This document shows positions 47,012-56,220 of a stretch of DNA of 64,000 bases, one piece after another. The stretch is taken from the NCBI GenBank assembly GCA_965231905.1, contig CBDDOO010000001.1, positions 696,235 through 760,234 on the forward strand, written 5' to 3'. The stretch's first letter is position 1, and every line of letters begins with the position of its first letter. Source of the DNA: Arenicellales bacterium. Its GTDB lineage: Bacteria; Pseudomonadota; Gammaproteobacteria; Arenicellales; Poriferihabitantaceae. A program made the translations under genes and the position numbers. The notes beneath the pieces were generated by a model, which was not told the origin of the DNA, made no database searches, and was given only the letters and a program-made list of their open reading frames with translations.

Positions 47012-48055
47012 TTAATTGAACTTGTCGTAGCGCACCATTTGCGCCGGTATCCGCAAATCCAGAATCAGGGGGCGGATGCAGGCATCCACCATCGGCTGTG
47101 GCCCGGCGATATAGACCATGGTATTGGCCGCTTCCGGCGTGATCGCGGCCAGAGCCGTGTCATGTACCAGCCCGTAGCGGGTAGGCATTGACTCGCCATC
47201 AGAGGAGGTCACGTTGCCGGACGCTTCATCGGATAGCACGACGTTGATCGACAAGGTGTCCGGATGGCGCGCCCGCATCGCTGACAGGCGATCTGCATAG
47301 AACATGTCGGCACGGGTCCTGACACCGAAAAACAAGCTGACCCTGTGTGTATCGAGGTAATCGGTCATTGAAGCCTTTTCGAGGATCGACATCAACCCCG
47401 CGATACCTGAGCCGCCGGCGATCAGAAAAAGGTCGTGTCCTTCATCGGTGTGAAAGGTTGCGCGTCCCAGCGGCCCGAACAATTCAACTTCGTCCCGGTC
47501 GCGCGCTTCATCGAAAGCCCACCCAGAAAAAGCGCCGTCCGGTTTTCTCTTGATGACGAACTCAAGGGTATCCGTCTGCGGTTCAAAATTAACCATTGAG
47601 TAGGCGCGGCGCCCGGATATTCCCGGAGCCTGGATGGCAAAAAACTGACCGGCATGGAACCGCGCCGGCCGGGGTAGCCTGACTTCAAAGCGGGCCACAT
47701 CCGCAGTCAGCCGACCCCAGTTTGAGGCGACGCCGATGTAATGGTCGGGGCGGAAGTCGTCATCGCGAAAAGGCTGGAGCCGGGCCGGGACGGTCAGGTT
47801 GCAGTCCGATTGCGCGGTGGCCTGGCACAACAGGAATTCCTTTCTCGCCGCCCGCAGGTTTTTCCGTCCGGGCGCCTCGGCCCAGCCCGGGTCCAGTTCG
47901 CCCTGATCCAGTCGCGCGCGACAGGTCCCACAGGTTCCGGTCGCGCATTCGTAGGGCAATGGAATGCCGGCTCGCAATCCGGCATACAACAGCTTTTCAT
48001 TGGCCAGAGCGTCAAATCGGTGAACCTGGTCCTTTTTTGCAATTTCGATCAGCAT
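47012..48055 (-). CDS. msmD: oxygenase reductase component (plant-type 2Fe-2S ferredoxin + FAD/NAD(P)-binding domains)
   Basis: CATGTCGTCRA cluster motif at the N-terminus, then FNR-like RAYS and GGSGIAG motifs. Fourth gene of the oxygenase set. Confidence 0.75.
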   Translation of the reverse strand: MLIEIAKKDQVHRFDALANEKLLYAGLRAGIPLPYECATGTCGTCRARLDQGELDPGWAEAPGRKNLRAARKEFLLCQATAQSDCNLTVPARLQPFRDDDFRPDHYIGVASNWGRLTADVARFEVRLPRPARFHAGQFFAIQAPGISGRRAYSMVNFEPQTDTLEFVIKRKPDGAFSGWAFDEARDRDEVELFGPLGRATFHTDEGHDLFLIAGGSGIAGLMSILEKASMTDYLDTHRVSLFFGVRTRADMFYADRLSAMRARHPDTLSINVVLSDEASGNVTSSDGESMPTRYGLVHDTALAAITPEAANTMVYIAGPQPMVDACIRPLILDLRIPAQMVRYDKFN

Positions 48056-48085
48056 GGCCGCGTCCAACTTGCTTGAAAATCCCGC

Positions 48086-48433
48086 TTAATCATCGTCTTC
48101 GTCATCAAACTCATATTCCAGTTCCTGCTCCAGGAAAACCAGGATCTGACCCTCTTCGTCTTTTATCGGGTACATCAGCAGGGGCTTTTCAGCCGGACCG
48201 CGCGGCTCTCCGGTTTTCATATCCCATTGCCAGAGGTGGCGGTCGCAGGTCAGGATCCCGTCCTGACACAGCCCCGAGTTTTCCAGGTATTCCTCCATGT
48301 GAGGACAGACCGGCGGATAAGCCCGATAGGTCTCGCCGATTTTGGCGATTACCAGTTCAATACCGTCAATCTTCACCGCTTTTAGCGCATGATCCGATAT
48401 GTCATCTGCCGCACAGGCAATTTTCCAGCTCAT
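48086..48433 (-). CDS. msmC: Rieske-type [2Fe-2S] ferredoxin component
   Basis: CPH-X17-CDRH motif. 115 aa with an acidic tail. Confidence 0.8.
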   Translation of the reverse strand: MSWKIACAADDISDHALKAVKIDGIELVIAKIGETYRAYPPVCPHMEEYLENSGLCQDGILTCDRHLWQWDMKTGEPRGPAEKPLLMYPIKDEEGQILVFLEQELEYEFDDEDDD

Positions 48434-48479
48434 TGTCGGTTTTTGCCTTAAGGTTCCTGTTCAGTAAAATCGGATTGAT

Positions 48480-49007
48480 TCAAATCGGCCAGTGCGAACC
48501 CTTGTCCAGCCGCCGCGTGTCCAGCCGCACCTCCCTTTCGGCAAATTTGATTTCGTCTTCTCCAATCAGGAAGCGATCATTGTAACGGCCGACCAGAAAC
48601 AGCCTTGATTCACCTGCGTCAACATGCGAGTTGATGCCGTCCAGTTGCGTCTGAAAAACCGTGAAAGAGGTTACCGCAGTAGCGGATTTGCCGTCATCGG
48701 CAATATCGACCCGGTACACCACGCCATGCCGTTTCAGGGGCGAGGTATCCGAGTTATGTTTCGGCAGCATCCCGGTCAATTTCGCCATGTAGTCCCGGTT
48801 GCCGCTGATATAGGTCATGTCGGCCTGGATCTCGGGACTGTATGCCCGGATCGCATACTCGAAGTTCTCAGCGCACAGATTCAGCCATGAGTCCCAGTCC
48901 AGGTCGTCCTGGAGCAGGCAGGTGGTGTAGATCAATTCCTTGATCTTCTCCCGGGTCAGGGAGTTGTCTGCGGGCATTGCCATTTTCTGGTTGGTCTTTT
49001 GATTCAT
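48480..49007 (-). CDS. msmB: ring-hydroxylating-oxygenase-type small (beta) subunit
   Basis: 175 aa with the length and pattern of the NTF2-like beta-subunit family. It starts 16 nt after the alpha subunit gene. Confidence 0.7.
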   Translation of the reverse strand: MNQKTNQKMAMPADNSLTREKIKELIYTTCLLQDDLDWDSWLNLCAENFEYAIRAYSPEIQADMTYISGNRDYMAKLTGMLPKHNSDTSPLKRHGVVYRVDIADDGKSATAVTSFTVFQTQLDGINSHVDAGESRLFLVGRYNDRFLIGEDEIKFAEREVRLDTRRLDKGSHWPI

Positions 49008-49023
49008 TGGTTACACTCCCGGA

Positions 49024-50304
49024 TTACATGCTCGCGCTGGCGCGTTGTGTGTTGTCCGCGACACTTTGCATCTTGTGAGCGGCAAAGTTCATATCCGGAT
49101 TGCCTGGCGATCGGTCCAGCCAGCGTCCCCATTCCTCATAATAGTGGCGCATGCCGTTTTCATCGTGGATAGTCTCGTTCTCATGCCGGCCGTGCAGGAT
49201 AGTCCGCTTTTCGGCGGAAGGGTGCATGCAGGCGCCCTGGGCGGTTACCGCGAGCAGGTCTTCATGCAGGTTGCGACCGAACGGCCCCCAGATCGAATTA
49301 TGATGGTCAATTCTGGTCTGGCGCTCGGCTGGCGTATCGCTGGCCAGGCCCAGCCCCCGAAACTCGATCATCACCCGGTCCGGTCCAAGCGGGGTCATCA
49401 GGTCGCAGCGCAGCGCCGAGCCGCGCAGGTTGAAATTGACTCCCGGGAACATGTCGATCATGTACCAGTGATTCGGCGGCAGGTGCGGGAAAGACAGCGC
49501 TTCACGCGATTCAAACCCTTCATACTGGTCATACTGAACCTCAAAACTGCCGACATTGATATGACCATTCCTGAAACCGCTGTTCTTGCGCGCGAAGTAG
49601 GCGTCGTTAAACCCGGTGATCCGGTTATGGTAATGCAGAAAGTCATGATAGAACTCACAGTTGGTATCATGCCACAATTTGTAATTGCAGGGGATGATCG
49701 CCTTGTGGTAGTGAAACACTTCCAGCGGCTCCTCGTTGAGTGACGGCGCCAGACAATCCAGAGCGCCGGCTGCGAATTCATCGACAGTCATGCTGATGTC
49801 GTCATCCAGGCTGACCCATACGAAACCACCGAACCAGACCTCACACTTGAGTTCCCGCAAGCCGACGTCCGCAGTGCACAGGCGATCCTGATAACCTTCT
49901 TCCCGGCGCGTGATATTGACACATCGGCCCCTCATGTCGAATTGCCAGGCGTGGAACATGCAGGTCATGGTTTTCGGCGTACCCGACGGGGCGCCGCGCT
50001 TGAAGCTGCCGGCCGGCCGGCGCTCGATCATGTTGCCGCGATGAGGGCATACATTCAGAAAGGCGCGAACCTTGAGGTCCTTGCCGCGTACCACGATTAC
50101 CGGCTCCCTGGCGATGGTCATGGTGCGAAAGTCATAGGCATTTTTCAATTCGGATTCATGGCAGACCGGAATCCAGGTTCTTTTCCAGATCTTTTCCAGT
50201 TCTTCCTCGAAGATGCGCTGGTCGGAATAGATTCTGCTGTCCACCCATTCACCGGGTTGCAGGTTCGGGGTTGCGGTCCATTGGGCATGATTTCTTGATG
50301 ACAT
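49024..50304 (-). CDS. msmA: Rieske oxygenase large (alpha) subunit with CXH-X26-CXXH spacing, candidate methanesulfonate monooxygenase hydroxylase
   Basis: The motif CPH-RGNMIERRPAGSFKRGAPSGTPKTMT-CMFH has 26 residues between the Cys-His pairs (counted). This unusual spacing was reported for MsmA. The four-component context fits. Confidence 0.7.
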   Translation of the reverse strand: MSSRNHAQWTATPNLQPGEWVDSRIYSDQRIFEEELEKIWKRTWIPVCHESELKNAYDFRTMTIAREPVIVVRGKDLKVRAFLNVCPHRGNMIERRPAGSFKRGAPSGTPKTMTCMFHAWQFDMRGRCVNITRREEGYQDRLCTADVGLRELKCEVWFGGFVWVSLDDDISMTVDEFAAGALDCLAPSLNEEPLEVFHYHKAIIPCNYKLWHDTNCEFYHDFLHYHNRITGFNDAYFARKNSGFRNGHINVGSFEVQYDQYEGFESREALSFPHLPPNHWYMIDMFPGVNFNLRGSALRCDLMTPLGPDRVMIEFRGLGLASDTPAERQTRIDHHNSIWGPFGRNLHEDLLAVTAQGACMHPSAEKRTILHGRHENETIHDENGMRHYYEEWGRWLDRSPGNPDMNFAAHKMQSVADNTQRASASM

Positions 50305-50361
50305 GTATGGTCTCCTGTGTTGACGAATAGGATTTTGATGATCATGAGCTGGTTGGCGGAA

Positions 50362-51252
50362 TCAGCCGGCCTGTTTCAGCCGGGATTCCCAGTTAACCTG
50401 TTTGGCGAACTTTTCCAGTTCTTCGGGTTTCATGTAGATAGTGTGTTCCGGGCCAGGGTAGATCCGTTCCCTGACTTCGTCCCGGTAGCGGATAAACACG
50501 TCTTCCATGATCGGAATCAGGTCGGTGTAGATTTTCGAGTGTCTCGGTACATGTTCCTCATACAGATGGAACAGGTCGGACGTAATGATATGCACCCCAT
50601 GCGCCTTGTTGCCGGCGCCCAGACTGATGACAGGCACCGGCAACACTTCCGTCAGGTATTGACACAATTCCTCGGAAGTGACTTCGCACATAATCGAGAA
50701 ACAGCCCGCATCCACCATGGCCCAGGCGTCATCGACCAGTTCTTTCGCCCGGTCAGCGGTTTTCCCCTGCGCGAAGAAGCCGCCCAGTTGTGGCATCCGC
50801 ATCGGCGTAATGCCGATGTGGCCCTGCACCGGAATACCGGCCTTCACAATCGCCTCGATATTTTTAGCGTGATGCTGGTTGCCTTCGCATTTCATCACCT
50901 CGGCATTGGCCTCGGAAACGAACCGGCCCGCGTTTTCAACTGCCTGGTCAGGAGAGACATGGAAGCTCCAGTAAGGCATATCCACCATCCGCAGGCCATA
51001 CTGGCTGCCACGGTCAATCGCTTTCGCCATCATCATGACTTCGTCGAAAGTCACCGTGACGGTTGACTTGTGTCCGAACAGAATCATGCCGCCGGTATCG
51101 GATACACACAGAATGTCGATTCCCAGGCGGTCTGCGATGACGGCGCTGCGGTAATCATAGATTGCCATTTGCACGATCTGGTCATCTTCGCGCATCTTTC
51201 GTTGCAGGTCTCTGATCGTGACCTTTTTTCTTCTCGTGGCCGCTTCCGACAT
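50362..51252 (-). CDS. 3-methyl-2-oxobutanoate hydroxymethyltransferase (PanB) family paralogue
   Basis: By eye it is collinear with E. coli PanB (AIYDY, VSDTGGM, DMPY, KCEG, GHIGITP, ISLGAG, YPGPEH). It is the first gene of the msm string, 57 nt upstream of msmA. Confidence 0.75.
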   Translation of the reverse strand: MSEAATRRKKVTIRDLQRKMREDDQIVQMAIYDYRSAVIADRLGIDILCVSDTGGMILFGHKSTVTVTFDEVMMMAKAIDRGSQYGLRMVDMPYWSFHVSPDQAVENAGRFVSEANAEVMKCEGNQHHAKNIEAIVKAGIPVQGHIGITPMRMPQLGGFFAQGKTADRAKELVDDAWAMVDAGCFSIMCEVTSEELCQYLTEVLPVPVISLGAGNKAHGVHIITSDLFHLYEEHVPRHSKIYTDLIPIMEDVFIRYRDEVRERIYPGPEHTIYMKPEELEKFAKQVNWESRLKQAG

Positions 51253-51295
51253 TATTGTCTCCCCGGTGTTTTAATTCGTGTTATAAAAATTTGTT

Positions 51296-51314
51296 GGGCA
51301 TGCAACATGCCATT
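51296..51314 (-). promoter_or_regulatory. perfect palindrome GGCATG-CAA-CATGCC upstream of the panB-like/msm operon
   Basis: It lies about 45-60 nt upstream of the panB-like ATG in an AT-rich 189-nt gap. On the coding strand it reads TGGCATGTTGCATGC (GG-N10-GC spacing), loosely like sigma54 -24/-12 elements. Confidence 0.25.
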
Positions 51315-51441
51315 GAATATGCAACCATATAATCAGGCAATGATTTGACTGTCAAAGAGCTTTTTCTTATGAATTGATAGATTACACCTTAATATATTCA
51401 TAAAACAGCTTGTCTGTCTATTATCCGTCGCCGGGGCATCG

Positions 51442-52191
51442 TCATGATCCCGCTATTTTGAACAGAATGAACAGGCCGACCAGAATCATCAGTATCGAGA
51501 CGCCTTTTTTCAGGTAATCGGTGGGTACGGCATGAGCGAGGCTGGCGCCCACGATTGACCCGCACGCCAGCGCCAGCGCAAGGCCGGCGCTCAACCTGAG
51601 GTCAATCTGCCCATACAGGGCATTCCCCAGGGTGGCCAGCAGGGAAATCGGGATCTGGATGACCTGGGACAAACCGATTGCGGTCAATATCGGTACCCGC
51701 AACCAGATCAGAACAGGTACCAGCAGCAGTGGTCCGCCGGTCCCGGTCAGCGCCGAACCGACGCCGGTAGCGAAGCCGATCACCAGCAGAGCGTTGCCCA
51801 GTGTTGCCGGTTTACGCCCGCTTTCGTGTTGCCTGTCGGCAAGAGTATGGATACCGGAAAAAAGAACAGCTGCGGCGATGCCGGCTTCGAGCGCAAGGGC
51901 CGGGACAAAGGGCAGCAAAAAGGCGCCGAGAAAAGCTCCCGGCAGGGCGCCCAGACAAACCCGGGCCGCCATGCCATGGTCAATCGTGCCATGTCGCGCA
52001 TAGATGACGGCCCCTACCGTGCCGGTCACGATGTAACTCAGATTGCAGGCCGGTATGGCGACATGGAGCGCCACGTCACCGAGGTACTTCAGCGCGGGTA
52101 CCAGCAGAACCCCGCCGATGCCGATACTACCGATCAGCGCGCCGATGAGGATGATGACGATAGCGAGTGACAGGCTGAACGGGAAAAACAT
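51442..52191 (-). CDS. TauE/SafE-family sulfite exporter-like membrane protein
   Basis: Glycine-rich polytopic protein (IGIGGVLLVPAL, GVGSALTGTGGPLLLVP). The ATG at 52191 is preferred to the longer ORF. Confidence 0.75.
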   Translation of the reverse strand: MFFPFSLSLAIVIILIGALIGSIGIGGVLLVPALKYLGDVALHVAIPACNLSYIVTGTVGAVIYARHGTIDHGMAARVCLGALPGAFLGAFLLPFVPALALEAGIAAAVLFSGIHTLADRQHESGRKPATLGNALLVIGFATGVGSALTGTGGPLLLVPVLIWLRVPILTAIGLSQVIQIPISLLATLGNALYGQIDLRLSAGLALALACGSIVGASLAHAVPTDYLKKGVSILMILVGLFILFKIAGS

Positions 52192-52326
52192 GTTGGCTGA
52201 CTTCGGTTCGGGTATCTGCACAATCGAGCGCCGGATCATGCCAAAGTTTGCGGTTCGATGATAGACTAGCGGGCAAGCCTCCATAAAGATCCTTGCGCCA
52301 TGCCCTGTACAAACCGGTAATCAGCC

Positions 52327-53244
52327 TTGTTTCTCAGACAGTTTCAATATCTGGTTGCTCTGGAACAGGAAGGCCACTTTGGCCGCGCTGCGGAAAAATG
52401 CCACGTTTCCCAGCCCAGTCTGTCCAGCGCGCTGAAAAGCCTCGAAGAAGAACTTGGTATTCCGATCATTCTCAGGCAGCACAAATTCCAGGGTTTTACC
52501 GAAGAAGGCAAGCGGGTGGTCAGTTGGGCAAAGCGGTTGCTGGCGGACCGGTCGGCGATGCTGGAAGAGTTGGCCATCATGCAGAAAGACCTGCATGGCC
52601 GACTCAGAATCGGCGCTACCCCGATGAGTTCACCCCTGTTTCCGACCGTTAGCCAGTTGTTCCAGAAGCGCCATCCGGGCTTGCAGATCGACATTCAGTT
52701 CATGGCGCTGGATCGGCTGGTACTGGGGCTGACCAACTTTGAGATTGATGTCGGCATCACCTATCTGGACGATCCATCCCTTGCGCGTTTTGTCGCCTTG
52801 CCCTTGTATGAAGAGCCTCTTTATCTGCTGCTTCCCGACAATGACTGGCTGGATGACAGTTCCACCATTTCATGGCAGGAAGCGGCTGCGCTGCCACTAT
52901 GCCTGCTTTCCAAATCAACCCGTGAACGGCGGGTGATGGATGACGCATTCACCAGTGTCGGCCGTCAGCCGACCCCGATCCTGGAATCCAATTCCATTTT
53001 CCAGCTCGCCTTCCATGCGATGGCGGGGGACCTGGCCACCATCGTACCGAAACGCTTTGCGCATTTGCCCAACACACGGCAGAAAATGCTGGTCAAGCCA
53101 AGCGTGGTGCAAACTCTCGGCCTGATCTGGGTCTACGGTAATCCGGTTTTGCCGATGGCCAGCGCGACCAGTACGCTGTTGCGCGAAGCGCTGGAATCCG
53201 GCTTGCTGGAAGAATTCAGCCTGGTCGGCAACAAGGGCGGCTGA
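52327..53244 (+). CDS. LysR-family transcriptional regulator
   Basis: The N-terminal HTH reads LRQFQYLVALEQEGHFGRAAEKCHVSQPSLSSALKSLEEELG. It is divergent from the TauE-like gene. TTG start implied. Confidence 0.88.
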   Translation: MFLRQFQYLVALEQEGHFGRAAEKCHVSQPSLSSALKSLEEELGIPIILRQHKFQGFTEEGKRVVSWAKRLLADRSAMLEELAIMQKDLHGRLRIGATPMSSPLFPTVSQLFQKRHPGLQIDIQFMALDRLVLGLTNFEIDVGITYLDDPSLARFVALPLYEEPLYLLLPDNDWLDDSSTISWQEAAALPLCLLSKSTRERRVMDDAFTSVGRQPTPILESNSIFQLAFHAMAGDLATIVPKRFAHLPNTRQKMLVKPSVVQTLGLIWVYGNPVLPMASATSTLLREALESGLLEEFSLVGNKGG

Positions 53245-53278
53245 TGACGACAGTTGCGGGTTGGCACGGAGACCGGTT

Positions 53279-53297
53279 CCCCCGATCAAGCCGGGGG
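53279..53297. terminator. GC-rich stem-loop between convergent genes (CCCCCG-N7-CGGGGG)
   Basis: It lies in the 71-nt gap between the ends of the LysR gene and phnY. Confidence 0.35.
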
Positions 53298-53315
53298 GCA
53301 GACCACCGCATCTGC

Positions 53316-54755
53316 CTACCCCCAGGGCAGTGAGAAGGTCTTGACGGTGGTGTAGCTTTTCATGGCTTCGATTACGCCTTCCTTGTAACCGAGGCCGGAA
53401 TCCTTGACGCCGCCGAATGGCGACATCTCGGTACGGTATCCGGGCACCTCGCGGATGTTGACGGTGCCGGTCATCAGTTCATTGACGAATCGGTTGATGT
53501 ATTCGAGGTTGTTGGTGCAGACCCCGCTGGAAAGTCCGAAAGCCGTCGAGTTTGCAACCCGGATGGCGTGATCGATGCCGGTTACCCGGATAATCGGAAT
53601 CGGCGGGCCAAAGGTTTCCTCGCGCACCAGCTCACAATCAAACGGAACGTGATCAAGTACTGTGGGCGAATAGACCGCGCCCTGGCGGTCGTTGCCGTAT
53701 AACAGCTTCGCGCCCTTGCCGATGGCGTCATTCACCCGCGCCTCGAACAGGAGCGCCGCCTGTTCGGTGATCACGGTACCGACATCGGTGTCGGGGTCCA
53801 CAGGGTCCCCGTATTTGAGCCGGGCGGCTTTTTCGGCCACCCGCTCCGCAAACTCATCGGCAATTGACTCGACCGCCAATATGCGTTTTACCGCGGTACA
53901 TCGTTGCCCGGAATTGCGGGTGGCGCCCTGCACCGCCATTTCCGCCGCCTCATCCAGGTCCGCGTCCTCCATGACAATCAATGGTGAATTGCCGCCGAGT
54001 TCCAGTACCGTGCGTTTGTAACCGGCGGTCGCGGCGATATATTTACCGACCGGAACACTGCCGGTGAAGGTGATCAGGTCGATATTCGGATTGGTGATCA
54101 TTTCGTCGCCGATATCGCCGGGCAGCCCGGTCACGACAGACAGCATCGGTGGCGGCAGTCCCGCCTCAAGCAGTACATCCGCCAGCGCCAGTGCGGTCAG
54201 CGGGGTCAGTTCGGTGGGCTTGGCCACCATACAGTTGTTGGTCGCAATCGCCGGAGCGATCTTGTGGGAGATCATGTTCAGCGGATGGTTGAAAGGCGTG
54301 ATCGCCGAGATGGCGGTCAATGGCTCACGCTGCGTGAAAATCTTTCTTTTCTTGCCGTGGGGGGTCAGGTCGCAGGAGAAAATTTCGCCGTCATCCAGAA
54401 TACACAACTGGCTGGTCAGATTGAAAACGTCACAGGCGCGTCCGACTTCATACAGACTGTCCCTTTTTGACAGGCCGCATTCGGCAGTGATCAGATCCGA
54501 GAACCGATCCTTTTGTGTAGCCAGCGATTGTGCGGTTTTCGCCAGGATCTGCTGGCGTTGATAGCGGCTCAGTTGTGGCCGGTAAGCGGCGGCGGCCGCA
54601 AATGCGTCCGCCACCTGTTCGCGGCTGGCGCGGGGAACCGTACCCACCACTTCGTCGGTAAAGGGGTTGATGACTTCAACCAATTTGCCCGTATCCCCAT
54701 CCACCAGCACTCCTGCAATACGCATTTTCCACTGGTTGGCGCTGGAAGTATTCAT
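53316..54755 (-). CDS. phnY: aldehyde dehydrogenase, GapN-like; candidate phosphonoacetaldehyde dehydrogenase
   Basis: ALDH motifs ELGGNSP and the catalytic [12 protein letters not shown] (GapN/PhnY-like). It lies immediately downstream of the phnA-like gene. Confidence 0.6.
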   Translation of the reverse strand: MNTSSANQWKMRIAGVLVDGDTGKLVEVINPFTDEVVGTVPRASREQVADAFAAAAAYRPQLSRYQRQQILAKTAQSLATQKDRFSDLITAECGLSKRDSLYEVGRACDVFNLTSQLCILDDGEIFSCDLTPHGKKRKIFTQREPLTAISAITPFNHPLNMISHKIAPAIATNNCMVAKPTELTPLTALALADVLLEAGLPPPMLSVVTGLPGDIGDEMITNPNIDLITFTGSVPVGKYIAATAGYKRTVLELGGNSPLIVMEDADLDEAAEMAVQGATRNSGQRCTAVKRILAVESIADEFAERVAEKAARLKYGDPVDPDTDVGTVITEQAALLFEARVNDAIGKGAKLLYGNDRQGAVYSPTVLDHVPFDCELVREETFGPPIPIIRVTGIDHAIRVANSTAFGLSSGVCTNNLEYINRFVNELMTGTVNIREVPGYRTEMSPFGGVKDSGLGYKEGVIEAMKSYTTVKTFSLPWG

Positions 54756-54794
54756 CAGGGACTCTCCTGTTCGGTCAGGGGCAAAAGTCGTCCG

Positions 54795-56114
54795 CTAGTG
54801 AGCAAGGCGGTTGAGAACGATGTCGAATATATCGAAATTCCGCAGTCGGGGAGGCCAGTCCGTATCCAGGGCCGGATCCGGCTTGCGGTTGAAAATCAAC
54901 GGTACGGTTTGCTCGCTGATACCCCCGTGCGAACGCAACGGCGCTTCCAGTCCTGAGAGATCGTGCCGGTCTGCGCTGGTACCGATCACGGCGCTCCTGT
55001 CTGACAGCACGATGAGGTCGCCCATACGGTCCCGGGCCAGCCCGAATTGCGCACATCCGTCCGCGTTGGAAATCGCCAGCTCAATACCCGCAATCTCGAC
55101 CAGCCTGGAGGCGAGTTCACCCAGTCGGGCAGTGTCTTCAAGATAAATGGTCGCAAAAGAACCGAGCGCGCCATGATGAACGACGTAAGGGTCGGTGATC
55201 GGCAGTATGACCCGGCCATTACCCGCGCCCAGCAGATCGTCCACCTCGTCCTGCAGGTATATTACATTGGGTTGGCCATCGCTATCGTGTTTGGCGTTCA
55301 TGCCGTGGTCCGCAGTCAGGCCGATGATCGCGCCCAGCTCGTCCAGTTGGCTCCAGTAATCGTCCATCATGGCATAGAACCGGTTGGCGTCGGCGCTGCC
55401 GGGGGCGAATTTATGCTGAATGTAATCCGTTGTGGACAGATACATGATATCCGGCCGGACCGATTCCATCAGTTTTACCCCGGCCTTGAAAATAAATTCC
55501 GAAAGCCCGGCGCTGTAGACCGGAGGCACGTCCATACCCACCATATCAACCACATTGTCGATGCCGTTGCGGTGGATGCTGGCCTCGCCGGATTTCTCCG
55601 ACGAGAAACAGATCGCCGCATTGCTGTCACGGCTGCCGTCCAGACACAATCCATGGCCAAGCAGCTTTCTGAGCTTGTCTTTCGCGGTGATGATGGCGAT
55701 TTTCGCGCCGGCGTCCTGGAATGCCTTGAACAGGGTCGGAGCGCGCAGTAATGCCGGGTCATTCATCATGACTTCAGCCCCCGTCTCCCGGTCATAATAG
55801 AAGTTCCCGCAGATACCGTGAACTTCCGGGAGGACCCCGGTGACGATGGACATGTTGTTCGGATTGGTGAAGCTGGGTATCACGCAATCTCCCCGTAAAT
55901 CGAGGCCGCGTCCAGCGGCGCCATGCTCGTCTGCCTCCCTTGAATCAGTCCGTTTGCCGCCGATCAACTGCGCCATCCAGGGCATGGCTCCCGCCCGGAT
56001 CGCCTCGGTGATATAGTCCGGTTCCGACCCGTCGACACAGACGACCACGACGGGTTGTTGCGGCCAGGCATATTCCCGGTCATTGACGATAATGGCAGGC
56101 TTGATGGGTGGCAT
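54795..56114 (-). CDS. phnA: phosphonoacetate hydrolase (alkaline phosphatase superfamily)
   Basis: The metal-site start reads VVVCVDGSEPDY and the nucleophile motif is IPSFTNPNNMSIVTG, as in PhnA/NPP enzymes. 439 aa. Confidence 0.7.
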   Translation of the reverse strand: MPPIKPAIIVNDREYAWPQQPVVVVCVDGSEPDYITEAIRAGAMPWMAQLIGGKRTDSREADEHGAAGRGLDLRGDCVIPSFTNPNNMSIVTGVLPEVHGICGNFYYDRETGAEVMMNDPALLRAPTLFKAFQDAGAKIAIITAKDKLRKLLGHGLCLDGSRDSNAAICFSSEKSGEASIHRNGIDNVVDMVGMDVPPVYSAGLSEFIFKAGVKLMESVRPDIMYLSTTDYIQHKFAPGSADANRFYAMMDDYWSQLDELGAIIGLTADHGMNAKHDSDGQPNVIYLQDEVDDLLGAGNGRVILPITDPYVVHHGALGSFATIYLEDTARLGELASRLVEIAGIELAISNADGCAQFGLARDRMGDLIVLSDRSAVIGTSADRHDLSGLEAPLRSHGGISEQTVPLIFNRKPDPALDTDWPPRLRNFDIFDIVLNRLAH

Positions 56115-56220
56115 GAGTCAGGGTATCAGGTGTGAGGATTTCCAAATTGACGCCGATTATACGATAATAACCGGCATAGTAACCCGCTATTTGCAAACCC
56201 GTACAATAACGATTCATTTC

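Noticed and set aside
47722-48585. 287-aa Pro/Arg-rich ORF on the + strand
   Set aside because: It is antisense to msmD, msmC and msmB, and its sequence is low in complexity.
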